Source: Octopus sinensis
Lineage: Eukaryota
DNA: 64,000 nucleotides
Direction: 5' to 3'
Assembly: GCF_006345805.1 (NCBI RefSeq)
Contig: NC_043021.1
Span: forward strand, 15,562,001-15,626,000
Shown: positions 50,459-63,995 of the stretch, in pieces
How positions within the stretch are numbered: position 1 is the first letter of the stretch
Layout: every line of letters begins with the position of its first letter
The notes under the pieces: generated by a model
Database searches by the model: none
The model's input: the letters and a program-made list of their open reading frames with translations, nothing else
What the model was told of the DNA's origin: nothing
Program-made: the position numbers and the translations under genes

Positions 50459-53339
50459 ACACACACACACACACATATAGTCAGCCTATACATTCTCCCA
50501 ATGTAGAATTTCTGAGACACTTTCTGTCCCAATTGTCCACTTGAGAACTGATGTTCACAAGTTCAAATCCAAGCTAATGGCCACTCACTTACACTCACTT
50601 AACCTTCCTTTGTACTTCTGGAAAAATCTGAAAAAGCCAAGCCACCCCCCCTCTTGCCCCCCTACCATTGTCCTCCTCAGATTAACGAATTACAAAAACA
50701 AACAAAAAGAAATTAAGCACCAGTAAATGATATTAATTTGTATAATGATAATGACATTATCATTTCAGCTGGTATTTTATTTTTGATTTTCTTTGTGTGT
50801 GTGTGTGTGTGTGTGTGTACATAAACATGCATACACAGACATTTACACACTTGTAGGAACAGTCAGACTTAGCAGTCTACAGGTATATTTATCCCATTTA
50901 AAAGTAAGCCTTCTGTCTCTTTAATAATATATATTTATGATTGTGTTAGTGTGTGTGTGTGTGTGCATATATGTCACACACTCGTACATGTGCACACATA
51001 AATTCCGAACATTCTTCACTAATTGCATGTTCTCTTAAAATAACCTGACAAAAACCTCCTCCTTCACACACAATCTGTCCCTCTCTTTTTCTCTGTCTGT
51101 CTCTATCGCTCTTTCTCAATCTGTCGTTTGCTCAGTCTCTCTCTCTCCCTCTCTTTCTCTCTCTCCCTCTCTTTCTCTCTCTACCTATCTCTTTCGCTGT
51201 CCCCGGTCTCCCCCCTTCCCAGTCTGCACTCCTCTTCCCCCCCTCTTTCTTCCCTCTCTCAGTCTGTCATTACACACTGATTACAACAATCACAGCCAAG
51301 ATGTCTTATCTTATTTTCATTTTTATTTCCACTGAGGTAAAAATTAGACATTGTACCCAACACTTCCATATTTAGCATCCCCCCAGTTTTTCCTCAATAC
51401 ATGCAGACATACATATATGCCATCTTCCTGTTCCCAATCTCCATCATCACCTCCTATCATTGTTGTTCTGTAAACTTTCTTCAATTGTGATGTTCTTCCA
51501 GCCTTATACAATTAATTGTATACAATATCATCATCATCGCTATCATCTCCATCATGTTCATCATCACATTCACTTTTCCATGTTCTTATGGGTCCGATGG
51601 AATTAGTTGTGGCAGTTTCCCTACAGCTGGATACCTTTCCTGTTGCCAACCCTCCCTTGTCTCTAAACAAAACAATATCTTCCCATGACCAGCATTTCGC
51701 CCAGCGTTGTAATGTATCTGCCAGCTCATCCCTTTACTGGGATCTCATACAAGGAGAGTTCTACAGCCTTGGTCACTTACACCCCTTGCAAACCGGGTTA
51801 AGCTCTGGCATTATGTGTCCTAGGGCTCAAGACAGACCTACATATGCAATTATATTAATTGTAAAAATTACTAACTATAGACTAAAAGTCTGAAACATAG
51901 AACAATGTGATAATGACTTGTAGGGACACCATATTTCATTATGCAACCATGATATACGACAAAGTATATTTAATATTTTATAAGCCACTACTGTGTTAGC
52001 AGTGCCATTAAATTACTTGTTACGGTTATCTCTACAGATTTCCAACAGAAATTACAGCCTACACTGATTTGTTACATTAGGCGTATTCAGATAGGAAACG
52101 TTGCAACAAATCAGTGTTGGCTATAATTTCTATAGAGAATAACCTTAACAAGAACAATGTAACTACAAGATGGAGTCTCACAAAACTTTACTCGTGGCTA
52201 AAAAAAAAAAAAAAATACATGATTATTAGTTGGTTACAACATAATACATCTAACTGTGAATTAATGTTTAGCGGTGATATTCTTAACCCCTTTAATACCA
52301 ACCTATCTGAGATCACCTCTGGTTCTATGATACAAGTTTCCTGGTTTTAAAAGTGGATCTAAATTAAAACCATCCATCAAAATTTCGTGTTAATTTGTGT
52401 TCTAAAAGCATTATGGCAATGTTATTTCTCTGATTTTTCCGGTATTTTTTGAAATTTATTTAAACAGAAGCAGTGTGTTTTTAACAGAAATATGGTAATG
52501 AGAGGTTCAAGAGAATTTCTACAAATGAACAGTCGAGCAGTATTTTGTCTTTATTGCACTTAAAAGTGGAAATTCAAATTCACAGAAATATGAAGAAGGA
52601 AATGGCAGAAGACCTGTCATTCCTAATTCTGTTAGTATTGGAAAATTCTAATTTCACATTCAGCCGAGCAAAAAAAAAATTAAAAAAAAGAAAGAGAGCA
52701 AAGCTCCAGTTTGTTCATGGAATTTCGTGTTTGACACTCAAATTACATGACAGCTCTGCAAATGCTTGTGGAACCATCAAAGAAGGCTGCTTCACCTGTT
52801 CCATTGCTACAATATGGGTGATGGAACCAATCTCATTTGATATTGTCTGTCTCTGGTAGGAAATATTTGCACCTGTTTTTTAAACTGTGTGTGTATAAAC
52901 AATATATGCATGTGTGTGTCTGTGTGTCCACCACCACTTGACAGCCAGTATTTCATTATGCCTCTGTAACTTAGCAGTTCAGCAAAAAAGAGATTGACAG
53001 AATAAGTACCAGACTTTAAAAAAAAAGGGTCAGCTTAAGTACAGAGGTCAATCAAGGTGGTGCCCCAGCATGGCCACAGTCCAATGACTGAAACAAGTAA
53101 ATCATAAAAGATAGACAAATAAAGGATGAAGCTGGTGTTTGGAACAGGAATTAACATAAAATTTTGATGGAAGATTTTCATTTTGATTGTTTGAAATCAT
53201 GTGATTTATATCACAGAACCAGGAATGGTCTCAGGCAGGATTCTTATCAAAAGGGTTAATAATTTGCTCAAATTGGTTGGTTATTCCTAATTTCTGCAAT
53301 TCTTTTACATTGGTTCTGTCTTGCTGTTGGCTACTCCAG

Positions 53340-53640
53340 TTCTATGCAAATTGTTTACAGTTCCTTAGTTTTTGTAATTAAGTACAAGGCTTTGTCGGAT
53401 GTTCTTAGGAATTTTTTCGTGAACAAGCATATGTTTTTCAAAAGATGTTTCTTCGAAATTCCAAAGGTTTCAGTAATCTCTGCAAAACCAAAAGATTTGC
53501 CTGCACAGGAAGCATGTCTGTTATTGAGATGTCTTGTAAGTTTATTAGGCTTCATATTTTCATTTCGGCAAATAATCATCAGAGAATTCAGCAGTCTGAA
53601 AGTTGCTTTTCGTATCTAAGAGCAAAAGTAGATCCCCATT
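53340..53640 (-). pseudogene. hAT (Buster/Charlie/ZBED5-like) transposase remnant
   Basis: NENMKPNKLTRHLNNRHASCAGKS...KKFLRTSDKALYL resembles the NESMKPxKLKRHLxxKH...NEKALxASY segment; upstream stop and frameshifts. Confidence 0.6.
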
Positions 53641-54134
53641 AAAAAAAGGAAAAAACAGGTTCTCCAGTTCTCCTCCTTTTCACTGTGTGTGTGTGTGTGT
53701 GTGCACTTCAAATTCTTCAACTTCTTAGGGTTCCACTTGCTTTCCAATTCCTGATGCTGTTATCCAGGTTTCCCAGAATCTGTTATTTCCTCCAAGTATT
53801 TTACTGTTCTATTCTTCTTCGATGGATGCAAGAGAGAGAGAGAGAGACAAGCATAATGCATGAAAAGATGTAGTTTGGCTCATTTGGGGACGGGGTCAGA
53901 GGCGTGACTTAACCATTTAACGGTTAGACTGGTCACATCAGGCCCAAATATTCTACCTGCTTTGTGTCTGAAACCAGCCAGGTGCTGCCTCTCACACCTA
54001 CTCTATCTACAATATCATTCTAAAATTAAACAATCCCATCATTGAAATCTTGAAGCTGCAAAACAATGCATGATTAATTCAAAACAATATCAATAAATAA
54101 GCATTTGACTGACATAAGATTATTATTATTGTTA

Positions 54135-54859
54135 TTATGACAGCAAGCTGGGAGAATCGTTAGCATGCTGGACAAAATGTTTAGTGGCTGAGGTCGACTT
54201 TACCTTTCATCCTTTCGGGGTCGATAATGTAAGTACCAGTGAAACTCTGAGGTCGATGTAATCGACTAGTCCCCTCTCCACAAATTTCAGGCCTTGTACC
54301 TTTAGTAGAAAGGATTATTATTATTATTGAGTGAGAGAGCAGAGCATGCCATCGTAAAATATATGAAGCCCAGTATACCCATCATGACTACCTGCATGAT
54401 AAGGGATACACTAGGCACATGCATCACAACCATATGTGCGCGACATGGTGATCTCATATCAAGATAAACAGTGCATGACCTTGCAGGTGGGGCCCAGTTA
54501 GAATTTTCTTCTGGTCAAGTAGTCAATCCTGGTCAAAAGGTCCCTGAATAAGGATGTTGAACAAACCACCCATGTTTCCAAAGGTGAATTATCCAAACCT
54601 CCAAGAATTCCTTTCAACACACGGCTATGATGCTCCCCCACTACTTCTGCTTGTGAACAGAGATGCACCATATTGTCAGCCACTAAGGGACATGGTCAAC
54701 TGGTTATGGTCAAACAACTGACAAACAAATCTGTGGTATTGAGCAGAATATTTGCTGTAGCCCATCTTTTATACCAAGACAAAACAATGTACATGATAAC
54801 ACTTCCAATCAGTTAAGATCAGAAGCCATGAGAGCCACTGTCTGGTACTGCATCAGGGC

Positions 54860-54910
<51 letters not shown>

Positions 54911-55255
54911 CGTTATTATTATTATTAAGGTGGCAAGCTGGTAGAATTGTTAGCATGCTAGACAAAATTTTTACTGGCATTTTGTCCATCTTGACATTCC
55001 GTGTTCAAATTCTACAAAGGTTGTTATTATTATTATGGCAATGAACTGGCCGAATTGTTAGCATGCCAGGCAAAATGTTTATGACATCTTGTGTGTTTTT
55101 ATGTTCTAAGTTCAATTTCTACCTTGATCAACTTTGCTTTTCATTCTTTTGGGGTTGATAAAATAAGTACTACTTGAAAACTGGGGTTGATGTAATCAAC
55201 TAGTCCCCTACCCCAAAATTTCAGGCCTTGTGCCTATAGTAAAACAGATTATTAT
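54135..55255 (+). mobile_element. Family B SINE array with family C copy 3 (54328-54860) nested in an (ATT)n tail
   Basis: B units at ~54135, ~54925 and ~55035; family C has the same ends as the other copies, with a short internal deletion. Confidence 0.8.
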
Positions 55256-57561
55256 TATTGTGCTGGTGGCATGTAAAAAGCACCATCCAAACGTGGCTGA
55301 TGCCAGTGCCGCCTTCACTGGCTTCTGTGCCAGTGGCACGTAAAAAGCACCAACCAATCGTGGCTGCTACCAGCCTCCCCTGGCACCTGTGCCGGTGACA
55401 CATAAAAAGCACCCACTACACATGGAGTGGTTGGCGTTAGGAAGGGCATCCAGCTGTAGAAACACTGCCAGATCAGACTGGAGCCTGGTGCAGCCTCCTG
55501 GTTTCCTGACCCCGGTTGAACCGTCCAACCCGTGCTAGCGTGGAAAACGGACGTTAAACGATGATGATGATGATTATGGTAAAATTGGTAGTGTGTCTGC
55601 CAATACACCTTGCAGTGTTTAGTTATGGCTCTCTGTATTCTGAGTTCAAATCCTTCTTAAGTCACCTTTCCTTTGTGACCTTCTGTAGTTGATAAAGTAC
55701 CAGAGAGCAAAGTGTATTAAACTGCTTTGCTCAAGGAAACAGTGCAGCATTGGGTACATGCAGGAATTGAACCTGAAAAGGTATTATCATGAGCCAAACA
55801 CCTTAACCATAAGGCCACACACTTTTACTTTTGTAAACACATAGGAAGACAAAGGTGTAACTGAGTGGTTTAGAAGTTCACTTTTCAACCATGTGGTTTC
55901 AGGTTCAGTCCCACTGTGCAGCACTTTGGACAAGAATCTTCTGCTATAGCCTCAAGCTGACCAAAATCTTGTAAGTGGCTTTCATAGATAGAAACTGAAA
56001 GAAGCCTGTTGTGTATGTGTATGTGTGTGTGTTATCATATGGTGTAATGTAAATGCATTCTCATGCAAGTCAGGGTTGATGAGAAAAAGGGTATCCAATC
56101 AAAGAAAATCTTGTAAGTGGCTTTGGTAGATAGAAACTGAAAGAAGCCTGTTGTGTATGTGTATGTATGTGTGTGTGTGTGTTATCATATGGTGGAATGT
56201 AAATGCATTCTCATGCAAGAGATGTTGTTCATTTCTAGTCTTCTGTAACATCACATGATAGCTGTAAATGAGTGTCACCGGCATACAAGCAGTGTCCTTC
56301 ACTTCCAGTCTTCTGTGGAAAAAAAGCATGTTTGGCCTTGCTTGGAAACAAGTCAGGGTTGATGAGAAAATGGGTATCCAATCATAGAAAATCTGCCTCA
56401 ACAAATTCTGTCTGACCCATGCAGGCATAGAAAAGTGGACATTAGATGATGATGACGACGACGACAACGTAGTAGTAGTAGTTTAGTGGGTATGTGGTCA
56501 CAAAAGAGTTTAATATTAATTATCAATTATCTCTCTCCCTCTCTCCACATGAAGGTTTTGATTCCTAGACTGGGTGATGCACTGTGGTCTTGAGCAAAGC
56601 ACTTCATTTCACATTGGTCCAGTTCACTCGGCTGGCAAAAAAATAATGAGTAACCCTGCAAAAGACTAACCTCCCATGCAGAAGTGGAATAATTCAGTGG
56701 CCCCAGATGAGAAAGACGAAATATACTAATGCTGTATCATTATTAAGAATACCAGAAATGAAATCTCGTTACAAGTAATGTCTCGTTAAAAGATATCGTG
56801 ATAGGATTTTTTTTTTTTCATTTTTGTATCTTACTCTTATCTTTCGAATATTTTATTTTCTTAGAAAAATAAAACCAACAAAATTAGCAAAATTTTTGTT
56901 TGTATTTTTTTTCTTTTTTTGCTAGATGGTGGAGGTGAGGCATTAAATCTTTTTCTTTGTCATTTATTATAGATCTCACTATACATATCTTAACGAATTC
57001 CTTCACCTGTACATATATATATATATTTATATAAATATAAATAAAGTACATTATTTTTACTCTTCTCTGCAGGACACATTTTCATTATTGGTTTTTGACA
57101 GCTGTCATTAAAAGCTATTTGAAACCCCAATCCCATCTCCTGTCTCATTCGCTCTCTTCCCCCCCCCCCCACGCCCACCCCCACATGCAAAATCACCGGT
57201 AAATATTTGAAGTAAAACAAATAAATGGACAAAAGATATGAAAAATATTAATAGATTAAAAGCTGGAAAACCATAAATTCTAAAAATTTATTTCAGTTTT
57301 AGATTTGTTTTATTTGTCTATAATGTATGTGTGTGTGTGTGTGTGTAGGCATGGCAGTTTAGTCACATATTTAAATGTATTCATGTGGATATATATATAT
57401 ATCAAATGATGTGTGTGTTTATATATTTAGTCTAGTTGTGGTTTACCCTTGGCCAGGTCTTGTACATGTTAACCTTCTTCAGCACTCTCAAAACAACCCG
57501 GAAGGACCCATGTGCTACTGGAATTATGGCCATCCATGATGAGAGACTTGGGATTTATACT

Positions 57562-57795
57562 GCGGCGAGCTGGCAGAATCGTTAGCGTGCCGGGCGAAAT
57601 CCTTAGCGGTATATCGTCTGCCGCTACATTCTGAGTTCAAATTCCGCCGAGGTCGACTTTACCTTTCATCCTTTCGGGGTCAATAAATTAAGTACTAGTT
57701 ACGCACTGGGGCCGATATAATCGACTTAATCCGTTTGTCTGTCCTTTGTTTGTCCCCCCTGTGTTTAGCCCCTTGTGGGTAGTAAAGAAATAGGT
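57562..57795 (+). mobile_element. Full-length family B SINE
   Basis: GCGGCGAGCTGGCAGAATCG...GTAGTAAAGAAAT. Confidence 0.9.
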
Positions 57796-58033
57796 TTCCC
57801 ATTGCCTTCACCAGGCATGAGGGATTTCAGCTCAGAATATAGGGAGTCAGAAGATATACCATAAAGCATATCTGTTGAGGCCCCAAACAGTTCTGGTACA
57901 CTCGCACCCACGAAGGCAATGTGAAATGAAGTGTTTTGCCCAAGAACACAGTGTGCTACCTGATCCAGGAATCGAAACCATGGTCTGTTGATCATGAGTG
58001 CAACACCTTAACTACTAGGTCACATGACTTCAC

Positions 58034-58068
<35 letters not shown>

Positions 58069-58891
58069 TAGTTTTTTTTTAAAGTTATTATCGTGCGACA
58101 TACATACGTAGTAATCATGTAGTAAATATACATGCTCAAATACATTATTTATATATATATATATATATATACGTCCACACAATTTCACTTACGTGCTAAT
58201 TATATGGCACATACTAATTTTAGTGTGTGTGTATATATATATAGGTATAGATATATGCTAATTTTAGTATACATACACAAACACTAATTAAATACACACA
58301 CCCACAAACTCATATTAATCATAAATATGTATATATATATACGCATACAGTATGTGTACATACAAGAAGCATATAATGTGTGTGTCTATGTGTGTATGTC
58401 TTTACATACCATGTGTCAAGAAAATGTTCCCCATAGTAAATCAACTTTGTCACAAGTAAGAGTCACCTGACAGAATTAATCACAGAACCAATTACCAGGA
58501 GTAATTAGAAATGTCCAACTGTTGTCTGCGTATTTGTTTGTAGTGAATGTATGGATGGGAGTGTATGTGGTGTGTCGATCCATTTCGCACCACTTTTCGA
58601 AAAGTTTATGTAATAAATAAATAAAAGTTACCATACAAAATTCAATTACCTTAAAAGGTAAAATGAAAAACAGCAATCGAAAATATTTACTTGGACCAGA
58701 CTTTTCACGTCCTCCTCCACCACCACCATCATCACAATCATCATCATCATCCTTCTCTTCCTTATCATCAGTATTCATCGACCCTATCATCATCATCTCC
58801 ATCACAATAATCACCTGCCATCATTATTATCCCAGACACCATCAACACCATCACTATTATTATTATCATCATCATTATTATTTTTATTATT

Positions 58892-59107
58892 AAAGGTAGT
58901 GAGCTGGCAGAATTGTTAGTACCCCTGGTAAAATGCTTAGCAGCATTTTAGCTGTCTTTACGTTCTGAGTTCAAATTCTGCTGAGGTCAACTTCGCCTTT
59001 CATCCTTTTGGGGGTTGATAAATTAAGTACCAGTTGAGCACTTGGGTCGATGTAATCAACTAGTCCCCTCTGGCCAAATTTCAGCCTTATGCCTTCAGTT
59101 GAAAGGA

Positions 59108-59155
<48 letters not shown>

Positions 59156-59872
59156 TTATATAAGATAGTTAGCTGGCAGAGTCGTTAGCATGCTGGGTGA
59201 AATTCTTAGCAGCATTTTGTCCGAGTTCAAATTCTGCTGATGTCGACTTTGCCTTTCATCCTTTCGGGGTCAATAACTTAAGTACCAGTCAAGTAGTGGG
59301 ATTGATATGGTTGACTTTCCCCATGCTCCCTCCCCACCCACTCAAAAATTTCAGGATTATTATTATTATTAGCATAATCATTAGTGTGCTGGGCTAAATG
59401 CTTAGTGGTATTTCATCTGCTGCTACATTCTGAGTCCGAATTTCCGCAGAGGTCAACTTTGCCTTTCATCCTTTCGGGGTTGATTAAGTAAGTACTAGTT
59501 ATGCACTGGGGTTGATGTAATCGACTTAATCCCTTCCCCTAAATTTCAGGCCTTGTGCCTACAGTAGAAAGTATTATTATTATTATTAAGGTGGCAAGCT
59601 AACAGAGTCATTAGCACAGCAGGCAAAATGCTTAGCGGCATTTTGTCAAAGTTGACCTCAGCAGAATTTGAACTCAGGATGTAAAGGCAGACAAAATGCC
59701 GCTAAGCATTTTGCCTGCCTTTACATCCTGAGTTCAAATTCTTCTGAGGTCAACTTTGACTTACATCATTTTGGGGTCAATGAAATGAGTACCCATTGAT
59801 CACTGCAGTTGATGTAACCAACTTACCCTCCTCCCCTGAAATTGCTGGCATTGTGCTAAAATTTGAAACCAC

Positions 59873-59911
<39 letters not shown>

Positions 59912-60120
59912 GGCGCCAGGCTGATAGAATTTTAACTATGCTGGATAAAATGTTTAGAGGTATTTCATCTGTCTTTACCTTCTGAGTTCAAATTCTGCCG
60001 TTGTCAACTTTACCGTTCATCTTTTTGGGGGTCAGTAAAATAAGTACCAGTTGAACGCTGAGATTGATGTAATTGACTACCCCACCCCCACCATTTCCAG
60101 ACTTGTGCCTATAGTAGAAA
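58892..60120 (+). mobile_element. Head-to-tail array of 5 family B SINE copies separated by (ATT)n
   Basis: Units start at ~58892, ~59165, ~59380, ~59588 and ~59910. Confidence 0.85.
59645..59760. other. 116-nt near-perfect fold-back hairpin inside a family B SINE
   Basis: 46-bp arms (59645-59690 / 59715-59760, 1 mismatch), one A/C mismatch, 8-bp inner stem CAAAATGC/GCATTTTG and a 6-nt loop. Confidence 0.93.
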
Positions 60121-60495
60121 GAGCTGCCAAACTGGCTCGTGCCAGTGCCACCTAACTCACTGCTGTGACAGTCACACATAAAAGGCATCCAGCCTGTAGA
60201 AACCTTGCCAGATCAGATTGGAACCTGGTGCAGCCTCCTGGCTTTCCAGTCCCCAGTCAAACCGTCCAACTTATGCCAGTATGGAAAGCAGACATTAAAA
60301 AATGATGATGATGATGCAGCGAGCTGGCAGAAACATTAGCACATCTGACAAAATGCTTAGAGGCACTTGTTCCGTCTCCTAGACTAACCCTCTTTCTGAT
60401 TAGTTGGGTTATGGCCTCTCCATAGGCAAAAAATGGTCAGGAACCACTGCTCTACAGTAAGAAATTTGTTCTTCTCTGTTCATCTACTGTTCCTT

Positions 60496-60720
60496 ATTTC
60501 TTTATTGCCCACAAGGGGCTAAACATAGAGGGGATAAACAAGGACAAAAGGATTAAGTCGATTACATCGACCCCAGTGCGTAACTGGTACTTAATTTATC
60601 GACCCCAAAAGGATGAAAGGCAAAGTCGACCTCGGCGGAATTTGAACTCAGAACGTAACGGCAGACGAAATACTGCTCAGCATTTCACCCGGCGTGCTAA
60701 CGTTTCTGTCAGCTCCCTGC
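60496..60720 (-). mobile_element. Full-length family B SINE
   Basis: Reverse complement of the family B unit. Confidence 0.88.
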
Positions 60721-60771
60721 CTTTTTTTTTCTTTTTTTTTTTTTGCTTCTTAATTAGGCTTTATTTTTTTC

Positions 60772-60924
60772 TCTCGACCGGACGGGGCCCTGGGACGATG
60801 GGATCCTAGGGCCGCAATGAGCATTCAAGGTGTCGATGTTCACTGAGTCCTGCAATTCACATCAGTTCATGTGGATAGCCGTGCTCTTCATCAACAGACG
60901 AGCCGAGTGATCCTCTGTCCAGGG
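60772..60924 (-). pseudogene. Near full-length 5.8S rRNA pseudogene
   Basis: Reverse complement CCCTGGACAGAGGATCACTCGGCTCGTCTGTTGATGAAGAGCACGGCTATCCACATGAACTGATGTGAATTGCAGGACTCAGTGAACATCGACACCTTGAATGCTCATTGCGGCC... carries the 5.8S motifs GGATCACTCGGCTC, GATGAAGA and GTGAATTGCAG. No flanking 18S/28S seen. Confidence 0.9.
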
Positions 60925-61270
60925 ATTTGATCCCCCTTCCAGGGATTTGATGCCCCATCCAGGGATCTGATCCCCCGGCTGTTCACTGAGTTCTGCAATT
61001 CACATCAGTTCATGTGGATAGCCGTGCTCTTCATCAACAGACGAGCCGAGTGATCCTCTGTCCAGGGATTTGATCCCCCTTCCAGGGATTTGATGCCCCA
61101 TCCAGGGATCTGATCCCTCGGCTGTTCACTGAGTTCTGCAATTCACATCAGTTCATGCGGATAGCCGTGCTCTTCATCAACAGACGAGCCGAGTGATCCT
61201 CTGTCCAGGGATTTGATCCCCCATCCAGGGATCTGATCCCCCGGCCTGGGATTTGATCCCCTGTCCAGGG
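60838..61270. repeat. 143-bp tandem repeat (x3) made of the 5' half of 5.8S plus ~20-bp TCCAGGGATTTGATCCCCC subrepeats
   Basis: GTTCACTGAG at 60838, 60981 and 61124. Confidence 0.92.
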
Positions 61271-63379
61271 AGATTTACTGTTTCTGTTACACATAAGCAT
61301 ATGACTTTGTATGTTTGTTGGTGTGTTTGTATCTGTGCACACATGCATGTTCGCACACTATGTTTCCTTTCAGGCCACCTGTCACCACCACTACCTTTAC
61401 CTCCACCCCCAGTAATCTACACCACCACCACAACCATCATCATTATCATCATCATCATCATCACCACCAAGGCCCGACATGGAGGTTGCCTCAATGCCAG
61501 CCATTCTATTAATTTAAGCTCTGCATAATTACAAATATACGAATAATTACTGTACCTTTAATTTCATTTCTTATCATTTGCCTACCTTCAAAAAAGGCAA
61601 TTTGGTAAACAGGAAAACCTGTCTTTGAAGATTCTTAACCAGATTTCTCTTAAGAAGTCTCTTGTTTCCATTGATGTAGACAAAGAGAAAACAAGTAAAA
61701 ATGGAAAAAAATGTAAAACAAAGACTTCAATAATTGGTGCCAATAGAAATACAATTCGATGGGATTTATTGATTTTTTTTAAATATTATTTTTTAAACTT
61801 TTTCTCTTTGCTTTTTTTTCTTTGTTTTAGATCAGCCAAATCTAGTTTATTTATTTGATTGTTTATTTATATATATATATATATGTATGTATATTCTTTT
61901 TGTGTGCTAGAAACAAAAACACAAAATGTTGATGTCGATATATCATTCCTGGGCATAACGAACATAAAAGTAAATTTGAAAAGAATTTTCAATCACTTCC
62001 ATATTATCTGTGTGTGTATGTGTATGTACATACATACATATATATATATATACACACACACACACCACACACACACACACACACATACACACACACACAG
62101 ATAGTCCAAAAGGTATTAGCAACATGTGTGTATGTGTGTATATGAGAAAGAGGTGGCTGGCATATATATGTACGCATACACATACGCATATATGAGAGAT
62201 GTATACACATGCACATATATACAAAGGCACAATACATATATACAAGCATATACATGCACACAATACATACATGTACAAAACATTTATATACACACACACA
62301 TACATTATACATGATGCATTCTTAGTCATATATTAAGAGGAACTTGCTACAAATGTTGCTTCTAGCAAATGTTTTACACAAATATCATCATCATTATCAT
62401 CAACATCCTTATTTTTTTAAAAATTTCTATCATCATCATCATCGGTAAGAATAGCATTTTAGATATAAATTCCATACACACGCTCACATAAACGTAACAC
62501 GTTTTGCGTGTTACCAGTTTAAATAGTGTTTCATATACAGTTTTATGGCTGCCACTGTTTTTAAGAACCTACACATTGAAAATAAATTTACTGCTGTCTA
62601 TATATATATATATATAGAAAAATAAACTCCACCTTTTTTTTTTATATCATTTGAAGTTGTATCTCTTTATTTTTAAAAGCATTTCCTTAAAACTGGTGAA
62701 GTGGGGTAGGATAAAAAATATAATAAAAAGACCTTTGGTTATTTATTCATTTCTTATCTGTCCCCATTGTTTCGGATCTTTCTCATCTTCTTTGTTTTAT
62801 GTGATAGATGGGAAAGAGAGAGAGAGAGAGAGAGAGATGAGATCTTTCTAGAATAGTTGCGCTGTTTTGGTTATATATTGGGCATTGGTAACAGTTTGGG
62901 TGGTGGTGGTGGTTGTGTGCTAAGTTGATAATGGATCGATGCATTTAAAAAAAAAATGCTGTGAGGTTAGTAACCTCACAGAATAAATGGCACTCCCCGC
63001 TCTTACTGCTGCCAGCCACCCTATGCCCAAATATGGAATAAATGGACAGCAAGAAATTTTTGAAGTCTTAAAAAAAGAAACTTTCAAATGGTGTTGGGCT
63101 GGAATGGAACAGAATGAAATGCAATGAGGTGGAATCAGATCAAGAAAGAAACATGTGTAGTGATGCATTTCAACTACTGCAGTTGTAGTGAAGCCAGAAC
63201 AAGTTTGAATAAGTTCAAGTTAGTTTTTATAGTAATCATAATATGAAAAGATAGACGTAACTCTTGTACTGTAGAACTAAAAGTAAAGTTTTATGGGAGG
63301 GGGAAGCTTAGTTCCTCTTCAATGGTAGTTAGTTCCTTACTGCCTACAGTTCTATTGTAGTGCCTTTAATTCTATAGTG

Positions 63380-63725
63380 GTATTTGGCCGTTGCCAGCCT
63401 CGCCTGGCCCCCGTGCCGGTGGCACGTAAAAAGGCACCATCCGTTCGTGGCCGTTGCCAGTGCCACCCTGACTGGCCTCGTGCCGGTGGCACGTAAAAAG
63501 CACCATCCGTCCGTGGCTGTTTGCCAGCTCTGTCTGGCACCTGTGCGGGTGGCACGTAAAAAGCACCCACTACACTCACGGAGTGGTTGGCGTTAGGAAG
63601 GGCATCCAGCCGTAGAAACACTGCCAGATCAGACTGGGCCTGATGCAGCCTTCTGGCTTCACAGACCCCAGTTGAACCGTCCAACCCATGCTAGCATGGA
63701 AAGCAGACGCTAAATGATGATGATG
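63380..63725 (+). mobile_element. Family D RTE 3' UTR fragment
   Basis: Three hairpin units; terminus GGAAAGCAGACGCTAAATGATGATGATG. Confidence 0.85.
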
Positions 63726-63764
63726 TATCTGCTATATTATAGTACTACCTTTAGTTCTATATGG

Positions 63765-63995
63765 CAGCGAGCTGGCAGAAACGTTAGCACACCGGTCAAA
63801 ATGCATAGACGTATTTCGTCTGTCGTTACGTTCTGAGTTCAAATTCCGCCGAGGTCGATTTTGCCTTTCATCCTTTCGGGGTCAATAAATAAAGTACCAG
63901 TTTCGCACTGGGGGGTCGATGTAATCGACTTAATCCCTTTGTCTGTCCTTGTTTGTCCCCTCTATGTTTAGCCCCTTGTGGGCAGTAAAGAAATA
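63765..63995 (+). mobile_element. Full-length family B SINE
   Basis: GGCAGCGAGCTGGCAGAAACG...GCAGTAAAGAAAT. Confidence 0.9.

Noticed and set aside
62960-63150. Short ORF MPKYGINGQQEIFEVLKKETFKWCWAGMEQNEMQ as a numb exon
   Set aside because: No similarity to the PTB domain and no matching splice phase.
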